Shown here piece by piece: positions 22,001 through 35,700 of a DNA stretch of 64,000 nt (the stretch's first letter is position 1; each line of letters opens with the position of its first letter). The stretch covers positions 44,950,001 through 45,014,000 of the forward strand of contig JAGIQG010000011.1 in NCBI GenBank assembly GCA_024679065.1, written 5' to 3'. Source of the DNA: Sphyrna mokarran. Taxonomy: Eukaryota. The notes below the pieces were generated by a model. The model was not told the DNA's origin and searched no databases. It was given only the letters and a program-made list of their open reading frames with translations. Position numbers and translations under genes: made by a program.

Positions 22001-25000
22001 GAGATTAATTGCACTGTTTTGTTTGAAGGGTGAATAAAAGGTACTTAAAATGCATTTTCGGGTTTAAATACTTCACATACAGCGATAAACGGTGTAATTT
22101 GAATCCTGATGAGACGCTGGCGGCCAGTAAGTGTAAGGCATGGCTGATGTAATACAAATGCATACATCTGGAATAAAGAGTATTAAAAGCTTAAGTGATT
22201 TTTAACGCTCAGATATTTTTCAATGATAAAATGTCGATTTTTAACATGCGTCGAACACTTCCGAAGTTCTGGGCATTTATTTTTCCACAAGCCATTCTCC
22301 TCGATTTCCCTTCTTTCCGTTGGGAGAATCGGATTATGTTTTGGGTTTTCACTTAGTTTAGACAGTAGCTGATTACACTCTCTGTTTATATGTAATCTAA
22401 CGGTAGTCATTCCATAATATTTAACTTAACAACGCCGATCCACGAAACGATAACAAAAGGTATTTAACTTCTCAAGGTATATACAATTAATAACATAAAA
22501 CAAGCGAGGAGCGAATTCTTAAGAATTGCTGCAAGACAGAATTCCCAATAAAAATATGCTTTCACCAAGTCAGCAAATAACCCGATTACACTTATATTTC
22601 TGCAACGCAAGCTGAGATGTATGCACATCCGCAATTATCGATGAGGCATTTTGGTTCTGTAATCATAATTGGAAATCATAACTGAAAGCCCTCTTTATAA
22701 AAGTGCAGAGTTCGGAAGAAATGCATGTTTGCATCTGATTAATTAAAGTAAAATCTTTTAGCATTTTGTTAAGAAAGTCGTGGAGAGAAATGATACAACT
22801 TCTCAGTAACCCTCAAGTCATTGCCTTGCTGTTGTATTACTGTTTCAAAAGGTTCTGCGAATTCAGATTTTTTTTACTGTCCCGCTGTTATTAAATTTTC
22901 CCCACAGGATCAGCAAGTAAAAACTCTTTCTCGTACCAACCCATTGCTTCACCTAACGTCACCACTGCAGTAAAACAACTGAAGAATTGACCGTGAAAAT
23001 TTATATGTCAGCTACAGAATAATGCCCGGTCCTGAATGAAATATTTAATTACAATCAACTGTTTAGGTCTATTCTGTCTTTTGAGTAAGTCTGTCCTTGG
23101 CCAAGCCAATTAAGCACTAAAATTGCGGCTCCACAAATTGATATGCATATTTATTCATGTGTTAGGTTCATAAAAATATTTGTACTGCAGGCATGTTCAA
23201 CATCTATCGCTGCCAATGAAGCTTATTAGTGTGTGTTTTGTTTACAGAAACGAGCGACGTGCAAAAGATAACCATTTAGGAGTCCACAGGCCAAAAAAAT
23301 CATATTTCCAAACTTACGATTCAACTGCAGAAGCATCATATTTTTATGAGCTTTGAACACTTTCTAAGCTTAACAGGAAGTCTAGTTAAACCACGTGTAA
23401 TATTCAATTAAAACATTTCATTTCAAATATATTCGATTCAACAAATGGTTCAGCAATGTTACATTAAACTACTTATCTTAATATTATTTAAGATATAGCA
23501 AATTACTCAATTTTAGAAGCATATTGTATATTTAATTGAATTACAACTCTTACAACTATTTACTTCGAACAAAAAGGACGGAGGGGGAAACAGATCAAGT
23601 GATCTCGATAATAGCTGGAATCTGATTGCATTTCTCTGAGTGAAGAATTCGGTACAAATATACTTTCCGAGTTGTGTCGCGGAGACCTGTCTGTGAATCC
23701 ATCGGCAGTTAAAATAGAAAGATTTCAGCACCTGTTTCGGGTGAAACTTATACCAGGAACAGTTCAGTTGTCGATTTGGTTCAATTCCTCTAATATTTAA
23801 AATGAACAGAGACGTTTTTATCTGAAGATCTTGTAAACAGGCAGAATTAATCTGCCCTGAAATTCACTCGGGGCTAACGTGACAATCTTACTTAATTCTT
23901 CCGACGTGTGTGTGATTGTGTCCAGATGCCACACGAATTCCATCAGCACCGAGACCTATTTCCCCAAGTTTTTTAAAATCTACAGCGCAACAAATCCATG
24001 TATTCGAATATGTATTGATCCATCATCGTCGTTTTGGGTTTCTCGTTCCATGTGAAAACTGACCGATTCAAGTCTGACCACAATTGTTTGCAAAGTCACT
24101 TGTAAAACGAGGGCTGTTAATCACAGTGCTGCTTTAATAACATCAAAAGTACATTCAAAACAGGATCCGCGTGTAATATTTTAACTTGTTTGCATAAGCA
24201 CATGCGTTCCAAAGAAAACTGCCAGTCCAACTTTGGGAATAAATACATTTCTTATAAAACTATAATAACACAACACCACGTTACGTATGATCTTTATCAG
24301 TCAGCGTATTTAAAAACACCTACACGTAAGCTATGACTATCCTCAAGTGCGTTACCATAATTAATGAGTTAATTACATGCACAATTAAAGTGACAAATCT
24401 CGTTTCTGCATTTCTGTGCTTTTACGACATTCAACCCACTCATAAAAAGGTTTCATATTAAGAACCAAGGTCCGGTAAGAACCAGGGTCCAGTAGGAAAG
24501 ATGAAAACATTCTTTGGTTTGATCAACGTGATGTGTTTCTTCGATAAATAAAAACTGACGGCAATCAGAATTGAAAACAAAATGGTGTAAACTTTCAACA
24601 ATTTTAACCCGTGAGAGAGAACATGTAAACAAATTGAGACCCTGTATATATGAGGGAACCCAGCCAAATAATTCTAGGTAATCGATTATTATTTTCTTGC
24701 TGGATCTGGTTACAGTTCTATCTGTCTTTTCGCCCTTTCCAGTTTAATGCTGGAAGTTTCACACTTAAATTTCTTCATACGAAAACTTTCCCTCTTGCAG
24801 TGATCATTTATTTTACTTAGTCTTACTGTAGATAATACTGTCTTTTTCAGCTTTGTTTGGCAACTTATTTTCAGTACGTAGGATTCTACAAAATTAAACG
24901 CGCAATACGCATACGGTGTGGTGCATTAGGTTTTACATACATGCCCTTTACAGGTTTACAATATGTTCCGAGAGGACAGACTGGGGTTACAATAGGCTAA

Positions 25001-26656
25001 TGTCTCTATGTCGCAACAGGGCTCGGTGACAAGATTTACCTTCATCTAGGAAATAAAAGAGAAGCCAGTGTCCGCTGGCTGAGCAAAACAGGAACAAGTG
25101 GTTACTAAATGTCAGCTGCAGATATATCAATGAAGTGATAGGTCTTTAAATGATTCTAGATTGCATATTAAATTTAGAAATATAACTAAGGTAGAAAATT
25201 TCAACAGTCCTGGTTAAGGCATGAACGATCCCTGACATTCAGTAATTGATTTAGTTTTTGTGCAGATTTACAAAAAACCCCCAGAAAATTGCAGAAACAA
25301 AGTAATCCATGACCTTATCTCGAATCAGAAAATGTACTTTCAGATTCTAAAGGAGTTGGCAATGATCATACATTTACCGAGAATGTGACGACCCTACTAT
25401 CAGGAGGAATAGTCAAGCCCCATAGATAACTGGGGGAGTTACATTGATTAATCTATTTCATTACAAAATGTAACACATGGCAATGATATTATAAAAATAG
25501 TTTCGCATTTTAATTTATCCAATCACATAGCTTTGATATCTACCGTCTGCGTATTCATAACTAATTATATCACAATTTATCGTTAGTCGATGTTTTAATG
25601 GACAAGCCCTTTTTCAGTAATATATAGACTGAAAACCCACCAGTTTGAATGGGATAAACAATTCCTGTCGTCATCAGCTTAATTACAGATTTCCCAATGT
25701 TCAGAACAATAGTGAAAATTATCTGTGCAATTGGAAAACCACACCAACTTACAAACATGGAGGGAGCGTTAAAAGCGCGTGACATGTACTGGAAGCAGGG
25801 AGGATTAAATTAATTCTATTAATTATTACGATTATCTGATGACTATTATACCACACGTTTGACCACCATATGTTGACACAAGCTTTTCAACCAGTCAGTC
25901 CCGGAGCCATTGAACACCGACATCCATCATGTTTAACAACAATGGGTTAAAGATATTCTGGGTAGATCAAATGCTCTTTCTTTAGACTCGGCGCTTTATA
26001 GCAATTCACATTTTAGTTGGTAATTTTTTGATTTGTTGTCGAAAAGTTAATTCCACGTGGATATAACGCATGGTTAATAATGTGCTTCTCAATCTGTAAA
26101 TGAAGCGGAGTTAAAGTTGCCATTTGCAGCGTTTTTTATTGGTTTGTCTATTGGTTATGAAGATGCCGCCTTTCAGCAGCTGCCTTCCGCTTATACTGCT
26201 TAAAGCCAAATTCAACTCAGTCAAATTCATTTAAACGTCCGCAGAAGTTGTACCTTTTAAAAAAAAGCTTTTAAGCTCAATCTACAATAGGCGGCTATGC
26301 AACACCATGTCGATAATTCAAACTATTTCATACTGTTCCTTCAAACCCATCAGCAAACGAATGGGAGGCGATCCATCTCCACACGTATGTGTGAGCGCGA
26401 TAGAGCATTTCCCATTTCTCGACCAGCTGCAATTCTGGCACCAAATGCACATAACATAACATCATTATTTTCATAACATTTATTAAGAGCTCGCAGTAAA
26501 CACGGTATATCATAAACGCTCTAAATGGAAGAAGTAGCCAATTTCAATGCGACAAATTTCCTTCGGTCAATTTCGACCTTACTCCAATGAACCGAGTGTC
26601 CATCAGCAGTGTTAACAACTGAGCAGTCTTGAAATATACTCTGGAAAGAAAGTCTT

Positions 26657-26662
26657 TTTATT
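26657..26662 (-). other. Candidate METAP1D polyadenylation signal
   Basis: AATAAA on the minus strand ~34 nt after the stop; another lies at 26135-26140. Confidence 0.4.
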
Positions 26663-26695
26663 GCGGTGTCTGCAGCGAGTCCCCTATTTTTCTGT

Positions 26696-26780
26696 TTACC
26701 CTTGATCTTCCTCCGGCAACTTGGTTAGGATTTCTGCTCCTTTCGATGTAATTGCAATAGTATGTTCGAATTGCGCGGAT
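26696..26780 (-). CDS. METAP1D: Methionine aminopeptidase 1D, last coding exon
   Basis: Acceptor ttttcttttcAG. Encodes (R)SAQFEHTIAITSKGAEILTKLPEEDQG then TAA at 26698-26696; carries the MetAP SAQFEHT motif. Confidence 0.95.
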
Positions 26781-26929
26781 CTGAAAAGAAAACCATTTAA
26801 TTTATAAAAATGCACCACTTGAGGAATACTGCAGCAAATATATTGAGAAGACGATTAATAGTAGGAAATATTGGTAGGATAAAACATAATTCGTAAAGAT
26901 AAAACAAACTATAAAGTAATTATCAGCAC

Positions 26930-27008
26930 CGAAGGTTATCAGCAGATACTGCCGTCCACCCGTCCTGTAAAATTCTGAATTCTGTGGATCCCTCCATGAG
27001 AATTGGTT
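26930..27008 (-). CDS. METAP1D: Methionine aminopeptidase 1D, penultimate exon (79 nt)
   Basis: Acceptor ttttaattctAG. Encodes EPILMEGSTEFRILQDGWTAVSADNLR; donor GTGCTG; phases fit both neighbours. Confidence 0.93.
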
Positions 27009-28391
27009 CTAGAATTAAAATGAAACATACAGGAGAGTTAGACATCTGTCACAGGAAATGGGCACAGATGCCAAGTGCATTTTCTTTCATGATTACTTAA
27101 GCAGCATAACAAAGTAAAAATGTAGCTGGAAGGTTAAAAGATAACATTAGTGGTAAATTTGGAGATTTTAAAATAGTATCGCTGGAAAGTAGGACTGAAA
27201 GACTTTTTTTCAAGTGTAAAGTTAAAATAAACGTGAGCAAGAACTTATTTTTTAAGACGCCATAAATGTTTGTATAATCTGCAAATCAGGGTTTCAGAGA
27301 CAAAGTATTGGGGTTGTTCAAAATACATTACACAAATTGTTTTATATTCATTGAATAGTTTACTAAAAGATTTAGACCCAATTTCAAAACTTTACACCCA
27401 TATTGTGGTTACATTAATCAACGTAAAGTAGTTCTCTTAGCTGCCTTTATGTCAAATGTTGATTCTATTTCATGCTGTGTCACCCACATTATAATGGTTA
27501 ATAGTGATATACTGCAGTATTGTGGTCTTAGCTCAGCCAAACCAGTTAAACTGCCAGGCATCAATGTTTAAAATATAGTTGTATGCTTGTAAGGGAAAGG
27601 AACAGGAATAGGCTATTCAGCCCTTCAAACCTGCCCTGCCATTCAATTAGGCAACTATGTCTACCTGCTATGGTTCTTAACTCTTAATCTACTCGGTGAA
27701 CAAAAGTCTATTTACTTCAATTGTGCTTTGGAGGAAAGAGTTCAAATTTCCACATCACACTTGAACTGACTAGTTCTAATGTTAAAGTTATGTCTCCTTG
27801 TTTTGGACTTTTCCAGCAGAGGAAATGGTTTTTATCTACCCTACCAATTCCTTTGATCTTCTTAATCACCCCAATTAGTTTGCCCCTTATTCTCCTGTAC
27901 TCAATGAATGAACTTCAATGGATTAAAAGGCTTTTCTCATCCTTCACTTATGATCTTCTGAAAAATTTTACTAATGACATATAAACATTGCTATTTTTCA
28001 ATAAAGTGAATAAAAGCAGTAGGAAAAATATTAAACTATACACTAAAGTCTACAGGGTATGAAAATCACAAAGTGCAAGTATTTTATTCCACAAAAATGC
28101 ACTGACAAAATAAAACTGATTTACTTCATAATATTTATCAGCAAATGAACTTTTAACAAATATAAAATAAAATGCAATTGAAAAATGTCAAGATTAAAGT
28201 AATTAAGGCAGAAAAAAACCATCACACAACTTGAGGTAATTTAATGCAAATAGAATTGTAGAGTTGAAATGGACTTATTTTCTCAGAAAAAAATAGTGCA
28301 ATTTTGCAATTTTAGATTCCTGCACCAACCAGCTATTGGAAATGCATTTTTTGCAATGACAGTTATCAGGTACAGTGATAATAATATTTAC

Positions 28392-28439
28392 CTATTGTAA
28401 ACGTCATTCCCTCTTCCATCACCAGGTCATTGGTATTAG
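28392..28439 (-). CDS. METAP1D: Methionine aminopeptidase 1D, 48-nt exon
   Basis: Acceptor taacAG. Encodes ANTNDLVMEEGMTFTI(E); donor GTAAAT. Confidence 0.93.
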
Positions 28440-29329
28440 CTGTTACAATGGCAGAAACAAAGTTTGTAGAGTTACTTACGCTGCTTATCAGAGAGGCACA
28501 TCAAGCCTATCAACTCAACATGACATAGCTGAAAGTTCTTCCTGCATTATAGTGCAGTTATCTCAATGTCTATCTACACCTGCTGCTAAGTGGATCAAAA
28601 CCTTTAATGAAAATTAAGGTCTATACAGGTAAATTTGCACTCAGTTGTGTGTGGTTTAATACATTCACTGCATGTGACAACAATAAATCAAATCAAAAAC
28701 ATTTAATCTCCCATAACCTGAAATAACTGCAATGCTTAATTTTCAAATAAACAATTCAAAGGTTCATTTTTTGTTTGTTCTACAAAGCATTCCAGGACAA
28801 AGTACACAAATTCCATTAATAAGACATACTTGTCAAAAATTCAACTTTGTTAATAGAAAACGCTGTATTCACATAGGATAGATAAACTATTGCTTTTTCT
28901 TGCCTCCTTTCCACTAATGAAATAACACTTTAAAACTTTCTCATATAAGCCACATAGAACTCTTTGTTTTGGCTCATGCTTTTTGTCCAATTTGCATTCA
29001 ACATAAACTAAATGGCTTCACTTCAGCAAATATGTTCCTATTTAAAAGTAATTGGATTGCTTTAAGGAAGTAAATGTTAAAATCTATATTTCACAAACAT
29101 TGACTTCCTTTTTAGAGCTGGGACAATAATTCTAAAAGCAGGCCCAAATAAATCAGATGATAGGTTGGTTTTAGTAATTATGCATTCCTTTTCATAAGGA
29201 GAGCATCAAATCCAAATGCACAAACCCAATTTTAACAATTAAATGCTATAAACAGTCATCCATAAAAATTTTCGTTAAAAGATTTAAAGCAAATTTTAAA
29301 ATTACACGGATTCCACTGTTCAATGTATT

Positions 29330-29570
29330 TAAAAAGAACCAGAAAGGGAATGAGGAGAAATCCCTTCACGTAGCAATTTATAATCTGGGGTGTACTGTCT
29401 GAAGTGGTGGTGGAAACAGATTCAGTAATGTTCAAAATTTAATATATTTCAAAAGGATAAAATTACAGGGCTATGGGGAAAGAGCAGAGGAGTCAGACTA
29501 ATTTGGCAGCTCTGATAAAGAGTTGGGTTAGGCTGATGGGACAAATGGCCTCCTCCTCCGCTGTAAAAAG
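29330..29570 (+). mobile_element. CR1 LINE 3' end
   Basis: ATGAGGAGAAATCCCTTCAC...GGTGGAAACAGATTCA...CAGGGCTATGGGGAAAGAGCAG...GATGGGACAAATGGCCTCCT. Similar fragments at ~27595-27900 (-), ~31120-31300 (-), ~31390-31830 (+), ~32350-32650 (+) and ~48840-49360. Confidence 0.75.
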
Positions 29571-30289
29571 CTACATAGATCAATGTGAAGTAGTTCTCTC
29601 AGCTAGCCTTACATCAGAAAGTTTATTCAATTTCATGCTGTGTTAAACGCATTGAGCGCACTGCACTCGGCCTACTGGTTTCCAGTTTGGTCAACCCGAT
29701 GAACTACTAGGGATCACTGTGGAGGTACATGTAGCAGTGGAAATCATAGACATTACCTAGCTGACAGCTGAACAGGTATAGGATTTTCTGGAATGTACCA
29801 GTTTGAGTTAGGTGATATGATCTGGGAAGTTGGTTAAGTCAATACAATTGGGTGCCACTCATCCACAGGTTAAGGAGGGACCTTCTAGCTTATATTCTGA
29901 GGCAAAATCAGTTAGGGTTCCTGCACCTGGTAACTGCCAACTAGCACATGTTTGGAGTGATTGTGTGCAGGCTTCACTTGAAACTCACTAAGGCTAAACT
30001 TCAATCCCTCTGCATTAATACAGCCTGCCAAAATAGAATATATTTGAACAAGTGGGTGAGGTAATGAAAGGCATCCAAAGAATGGTATCCCAGCAAAGAG
30101 TTAATTATTTTAGGAAAGAAGAGAGCAGAAAATTACCTGGAAAGTAAAAATGCACATAACATTCAAGCCAATGAAAAGAAAAAAAAGAATCAATAACAAT
30201 TACAATAACGAGTTTCCAAATTCCTCTGGCTTTGTCTGGAAGAATAACAAATACTGACATAAAGCAGCAGAGGAGTTTTCTTCCAGAAT

Positions 30290-30505
30290 ATCATCTTGGC
30301 CTTTTGGCTAAGATCAAGCATAGCTTTAAGTAGGAGATGAAGTTTGGTCCCTGTTCTTGTCAGCTTGGATCCAGTATATCTTTTTTGCGGGGGCCAAATT
30401 TAATTTGAATTTGAATTGATTTTTGGAGCAAGAAAGAAAGCAGATGGATTAAGGGCTTGCACTATCCACTGTGCGCATTGACATTGTAATTCTGAGAAAA
30501 GAATA
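30290..30505 (+). pseudogene. U2 snRNA-derived sequence (full length, diverged, with insertions)
   Basis: Exact U2 21-mer GGCCTTTTGGCTAAGATCAAG at 30298-30318. Then, colinearly, TGTTCTTGTCAG, the Sm-site block GATTTTTGGAGCA (30418-30430) and GATGGATTAAGGGCTTGC..TCCACT..GCATTGAC. Confidence 0.85.
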
Positions 30506-33500
30506 ATTTTTTCTTAAAATTAATTTATTTTGTACATTCATTAACAAAACTTCCTGTCCTGATGAGCAACTTTTCTGTGGAGCTAGCTCCACACTATTAA
30601 CACATAATATCAGATGCTGGCCTTTTCAGAATGTGTTGAAATTCGACTTTTGGTAGCACTTTTCTGCAACTGGAAGTTTTAATCTGGTTTTATTGGTTCT
30701 CAGCCAGCTGGAGACGGGGTGGGGTACAATTATGCATCTGCCAACAGCAACATTGTTTTCATGTCAATGCACCCAAATGTCACCCATAGACTACCCATTA
30801 TTGCACTCCATGAGTCTGACTCACATCTGGAAGTAATGTCAGAGTGGACAGAAGTAGTGAATGTGGTGTATCAACCACAGGCGTTTGTAGGTTACATTAA
30901 AACCTAGATACAGGAGCTCAATACAAACTCATAAAACATCAAACAAAGAAAGGAAACACTTAAATCCCAAATAGACAAGAGTTATGTAAACACCACATAA
31001 CTGTACAGTAGCAAATTAAGTGCAATGCAAATAAGTGTAAAATATCTTACACTGTAAGAAAATGAGAAACATCTCCACTCAATAAGTAGTGATGAAATAA
31101 CAACAAAAATCATGCATATATATGAATTAGGAACAGGAATAGGCCATTCAGCCCCTCAAGACAGCTCTGCTGATTTGATTGTGGCTTCTACTTTTCCTTC
31201 TACTCCTTATACCCTTTGACTCTCTTGTCAATTAAGAACATATATAACTCAGCCTTAAAAATATTCAATGACCCTGCCTCCACTGCTCTCTGGGTAAGAA
31301 ACATTGAAATGACTGTAGGGTTGGTTAAGTAGATTTCACAATTAGTCATTTCACTGCAGTAATTAACATAAAAAGCAGAATGATGAATTGTATTGCCAAA
31401 TCTGTAGAGTTTAAGTTGGAAGATGTCATACTAAATTGTGCAATGCTCTGGTCTGAACATACCCTGACTACAATTTTGGTCATGAAAATACAAAGGAGGC
31501 ATTCAAGCCCTCAAAGTGGTGCAGAAAAGAGTCATGAGGTTGCTCCCCAGTGTCAGATTATCAGTTAAGAGAAAAGACTGGAGGAATTTAGGCTTTTAAT
31601 CCTTGAAAGGTGGTGATTAAGAAGGGATCTCACTAAAGTACATGATAGTGAATGGTATAGAGAAACTAAATATGGAAGATCCTTCATTAAACTATGAAAG
31701 GAGATCAAACCGGTAAAATGCAAATTTAAGACTGATGCTTAGAAGTTCTTCACTTGTAGATCAATAAATACAGGACAGGACTGGACAAAATTGAGGAAGA
31801 AAATCTGGAATCACAGGAAGAAACTGTAAATTTGGTCTGAATGGAGGAGCTAAGTTATTCTGAATCTGACTCTATTTTGTGATATATGACATGGATTAAT
31901 AAAATGGAAACCTCATGTAATGCACCAAAACACAAAAGTCTGGACATTACTCGAAGCAGTTACCTTGTGAACCCTCAACTTCTTGGATTATAAGACAGTT
32001 AACAAAACATGTATTCACAGTAAGAAACAGTGGGTCGGGCCAACATGGTTTATGGGTGCCAATTTGCAATTTAGCAATGTTATACTAGAAAATTGGCACG
32101 AGTGTGAATTTGGCACTGCACTTATAATGAAATCAGCATAAACATTTTAAAATTAAAACAGACATCACCATTAGCTTCTATAGCAATCAGACAGTAGAAA
32201 CATCTGATCTATTAATACGTCCAAGTCCTCAGGATCATTTGAGATTACCTCAACAGTTTGATGTAAAAAAGCAGGAAATAATTCTGAGAGTTTTACTAGC
32301 TAGGTCATTAAAGCTGTTAGTTCAATGTTCATGGTCAAGAAAATAAATAAGCTTTTGAGGTTTAAAGCTAAGGTGTGATTTATGTTAAAAGAGTGATGTT
32401 GAAGTTATAGCTGGCCTTGATGAAGTTCTGTCTACAATACTGAGTATGTCTTGGCCTCCATAATAAATAGAACCACTGGAAGCAATCCAGAGGAAATAAC
32501 AAGGCTGATTCCAGAACTAGGAGAGTTTAGTTATGAGAAATGATTTTCCATTCTGGACTTTTATTTTTAGGAGAGAAAAACGGGGCACAATAAAGTGTTT
32601 CTTTTTAAAATTGTCATAGGTGTACAGGTTTGGATTTAAGAAAGTTCTTTTAGCCATAAAATTATGGGACTTAAGGAAACACTGAAAATAAAAGAGGGTC
32701 AAAGAAAAATACAAACATCCAGATTGTGCTGGGCATTGGAAGGGACTGTTGACAATGAACTATCAGCTTTTGCCATTATTACCCCTTTGAAAGTGAGTGC
32801 AACTTCAGAATCTGCTCTGCCAAAGGCTGCACTGCAGCACTTCCAGCCTCCAGAACTAGCGAAACCAGCAGGAACATCAACTTTCTCACTCCCCCATTAT
32901 TGTTAGAAATCCCACTAATGTTATACCTTGATAATTCAAGTATAACTGTGTTTTTAATGGTGATGTCAAAAATAAAATTTAATGAACATTAAAATTGACA
33001 CTGAAAAAATAATTTTATAACCATGGAGTGCTGATAAACAATTAATAAGCAGATTTTTAAACCTAATTTTCTTACATAATTTTTTCAAGGTGGTCTTTCA
33101 GGATACTTAACTTCTAACTTTGCCTCATGTGACCGCCCAATCTTTAATTTGTGTCCATTTTTAAAAATGATTTATTTCACTGGTGTTTGCTTCCTGGTTG
33201 TATGTCTGTGAAAATCTTTTAATGTGACGAGTTGCTTCAACAACTTAATGACATCACTCCAGCTCTGCAGTGGGAATTTCCCCAGTAATTAATGTTGTAA
33301 TCCAATTGCAGTACCACTACATGATGACAGAGTGAAATTCTCACCAGAGAGATCGGTAGGTCTCTCAGTAGACGAGCTGCAAGTACTCTGGCTTTGCTAT
33401 CAACCACAAATTCAAAGTTCTGGAAATTGATTACTAGTTGTAATGATTGAAAAAAAAAACCATGGCATGTTTTTAGAAAAAGGAACAGATGAATTCTTGT

Positions 33501-35700
33501 TAGTACAAGATTATTAGTTCTAGAATCATAGTTAAGTTTGGATTGGAAGGCTAGATGGACAAATGGCCTTCTTACTTGCAAGTCTGGATGACTTTGCAGT
33601 AATAGAAGTCATATAGTTAATTTTACAAAAAGCAAACAAGATATAGAATGGAGCCTTTCCTACCCTATCAATAATAAGATGAGAAAAACACACATCCAGC
33701 TTTTGTGCAGAACTCCATACAATTAAGAGGTAAGAATACAGAATTTGAAAATACAAAGGAAATATGTACGTATCCAAAAAGAGGAAAGATAAGCTAATGT
33801 TCTGTTTAAAGATTCTCCTGAAGCTCAAAAAAGAATCTCATTCATATAATGAAAAAGTCTGTAGCAGTATTCAAAATCCTAAATAAACTGAGGTCTACTT
33901 GGTTAACAGAGAGCTGCTGGCTTTTTACATCTATACACATTATTCTCTGCAATGTTAGCTACAAGGCAGCAACAGATCTTCCATCTCCAGGGTGCAGATG
34001 TAATATTGTTCTCCAGCAAAGTAATTAGAAGTTTGAGTAAAATGCCAGGTGCTGCTGAATCACATTTTTCATGCTGAGTGTTTTGCAATGGTTGGGCTGT
34101 TAAACATGTCCTCATCAGGAGGTGACAGGAGGATTTGTGGGGGAGGGCTTCTATTAAATTTGTCTTGAAAACAAATTACCTTTTACAATACAACTCTGAA
34201 ATTGCCAAAACTGCGCATTTTGCATTTTACAAAGACATTTAAGTAAACAGATTTCACCTGCCCCTGGTGCATGCATGTGCTGGCTTTCCCAATAACATCT
34301 ACCATGAATTACAGTTGCTGGCTTGCTGTGTGTAAACACATTGTAATTTGTATCAGAAGATTTCAATTTGCGTCAGCAGGATACAAATTCATTCCACACC
34401 AATCATGGAAACAATGTTCAAGTAAAGATTTGCTCATACTAATTCAAGACTTTGCTAAATAATTTCTTTTCTCCGAACCTTATGCAAATATATTTTATTT
34501 TACGTTGTTTAATCGCCCACAAATGTGATTTAGGTTATTTGACCAATGTCATTATCTGGTTCACAAAGCAGCATAGGGTGGCTAAATATTAATCTGAAGA
34601 AAGCAACAAAACAAGAGTATTGAATTTATGACTTAAACCCATAGTTGTTTTGTGCAATCCCCCTTTATGTTTGTTACTTTTAAAATTTGGGTTATAGACA
34701 AAATTTGCATTCACCAAAATATTTTCTGAGGGTAGGAATTTTGTGCAGTGAATTGCAATATTATAAATTTTTGAATGAGAAAAATTAAAAATCACAGGAA
34801 TTGTATTTAGCGAGTGGAGTTGTGAACATTCTATATAATGAAAGGCTTTGCAGCTAGCACATACCTGACTAGCCCACAAGCTGGAAAACAGGCTGATTTA
34901 TTGCTTTCTAATAAATGTGAAATTTGAGTTTCACAAAAAAGTTTTAACTGAGAAAACAGAATAATCAATTTCATGAAAAAAATTTTCAGAATAGGCAAAC
35001 TGCTTCTCCAGTTGCTGTCCGATACATAAAAAGTTGAACATAATAAGAGTATTAATATTAAAATTTTTTAAAAACAACTCTGAATACTTCCAATTTTCTT
35101 CAATTCACCATTGACAAATATCTTCAGTTGAATTGCTCTAAATTCTTGAATTCCATTCCCCCCTATAAACTGCTCCTCAAGACCTCTTTGATCAAGCCTT
35201 CAGGCATGTGTCATAATATTACTGTATGTAGCCAGATTTCAAATTTTGTTTGATAATTGCTCCCCTGATGTGCCTCAGGATTTGTTTTACTTCATTAAAA
35301 GCACTATATAAATATTAAATTGCTGTTATAAATATACACATTTAATTTTTTACTATTTCCAATAATTTTCCTTTTGTCAGGCTGACGACCTTTTCTCTGT
35401 TGAGAAACAGAAGTGGTTGTGAGATCTCTGATTATAAGAAGTTTGAGTTGAGTTTGGGATCTGGTGCATTCATGAGTGCACTGACTGAGGGTTCAGTATT
35501 CAGCTTATCTCTCAATAGTAATTGCAATGACCATCATAGTGTTTTTCTTCGTTCTTCTTCTTTGACTATACAGGTAGAGTCTCAAAGTTTAGTATTCCTT
35601 AGTGCTGTTTTTCTTTCACTCTGCTTGATATATCCATGATTCGGACTTTTCCAAACTGCCTGCCTCTCAAAAAAGATGATTAGCAAATTCAAAATGCAAA

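Noticed and set aside
30290-30505. Functional U2 snRNA gene
   Set aside because: The branch-point recognition sequence is destroyed, there are several inserts, and the 3' stem-loop is poorly preserved.
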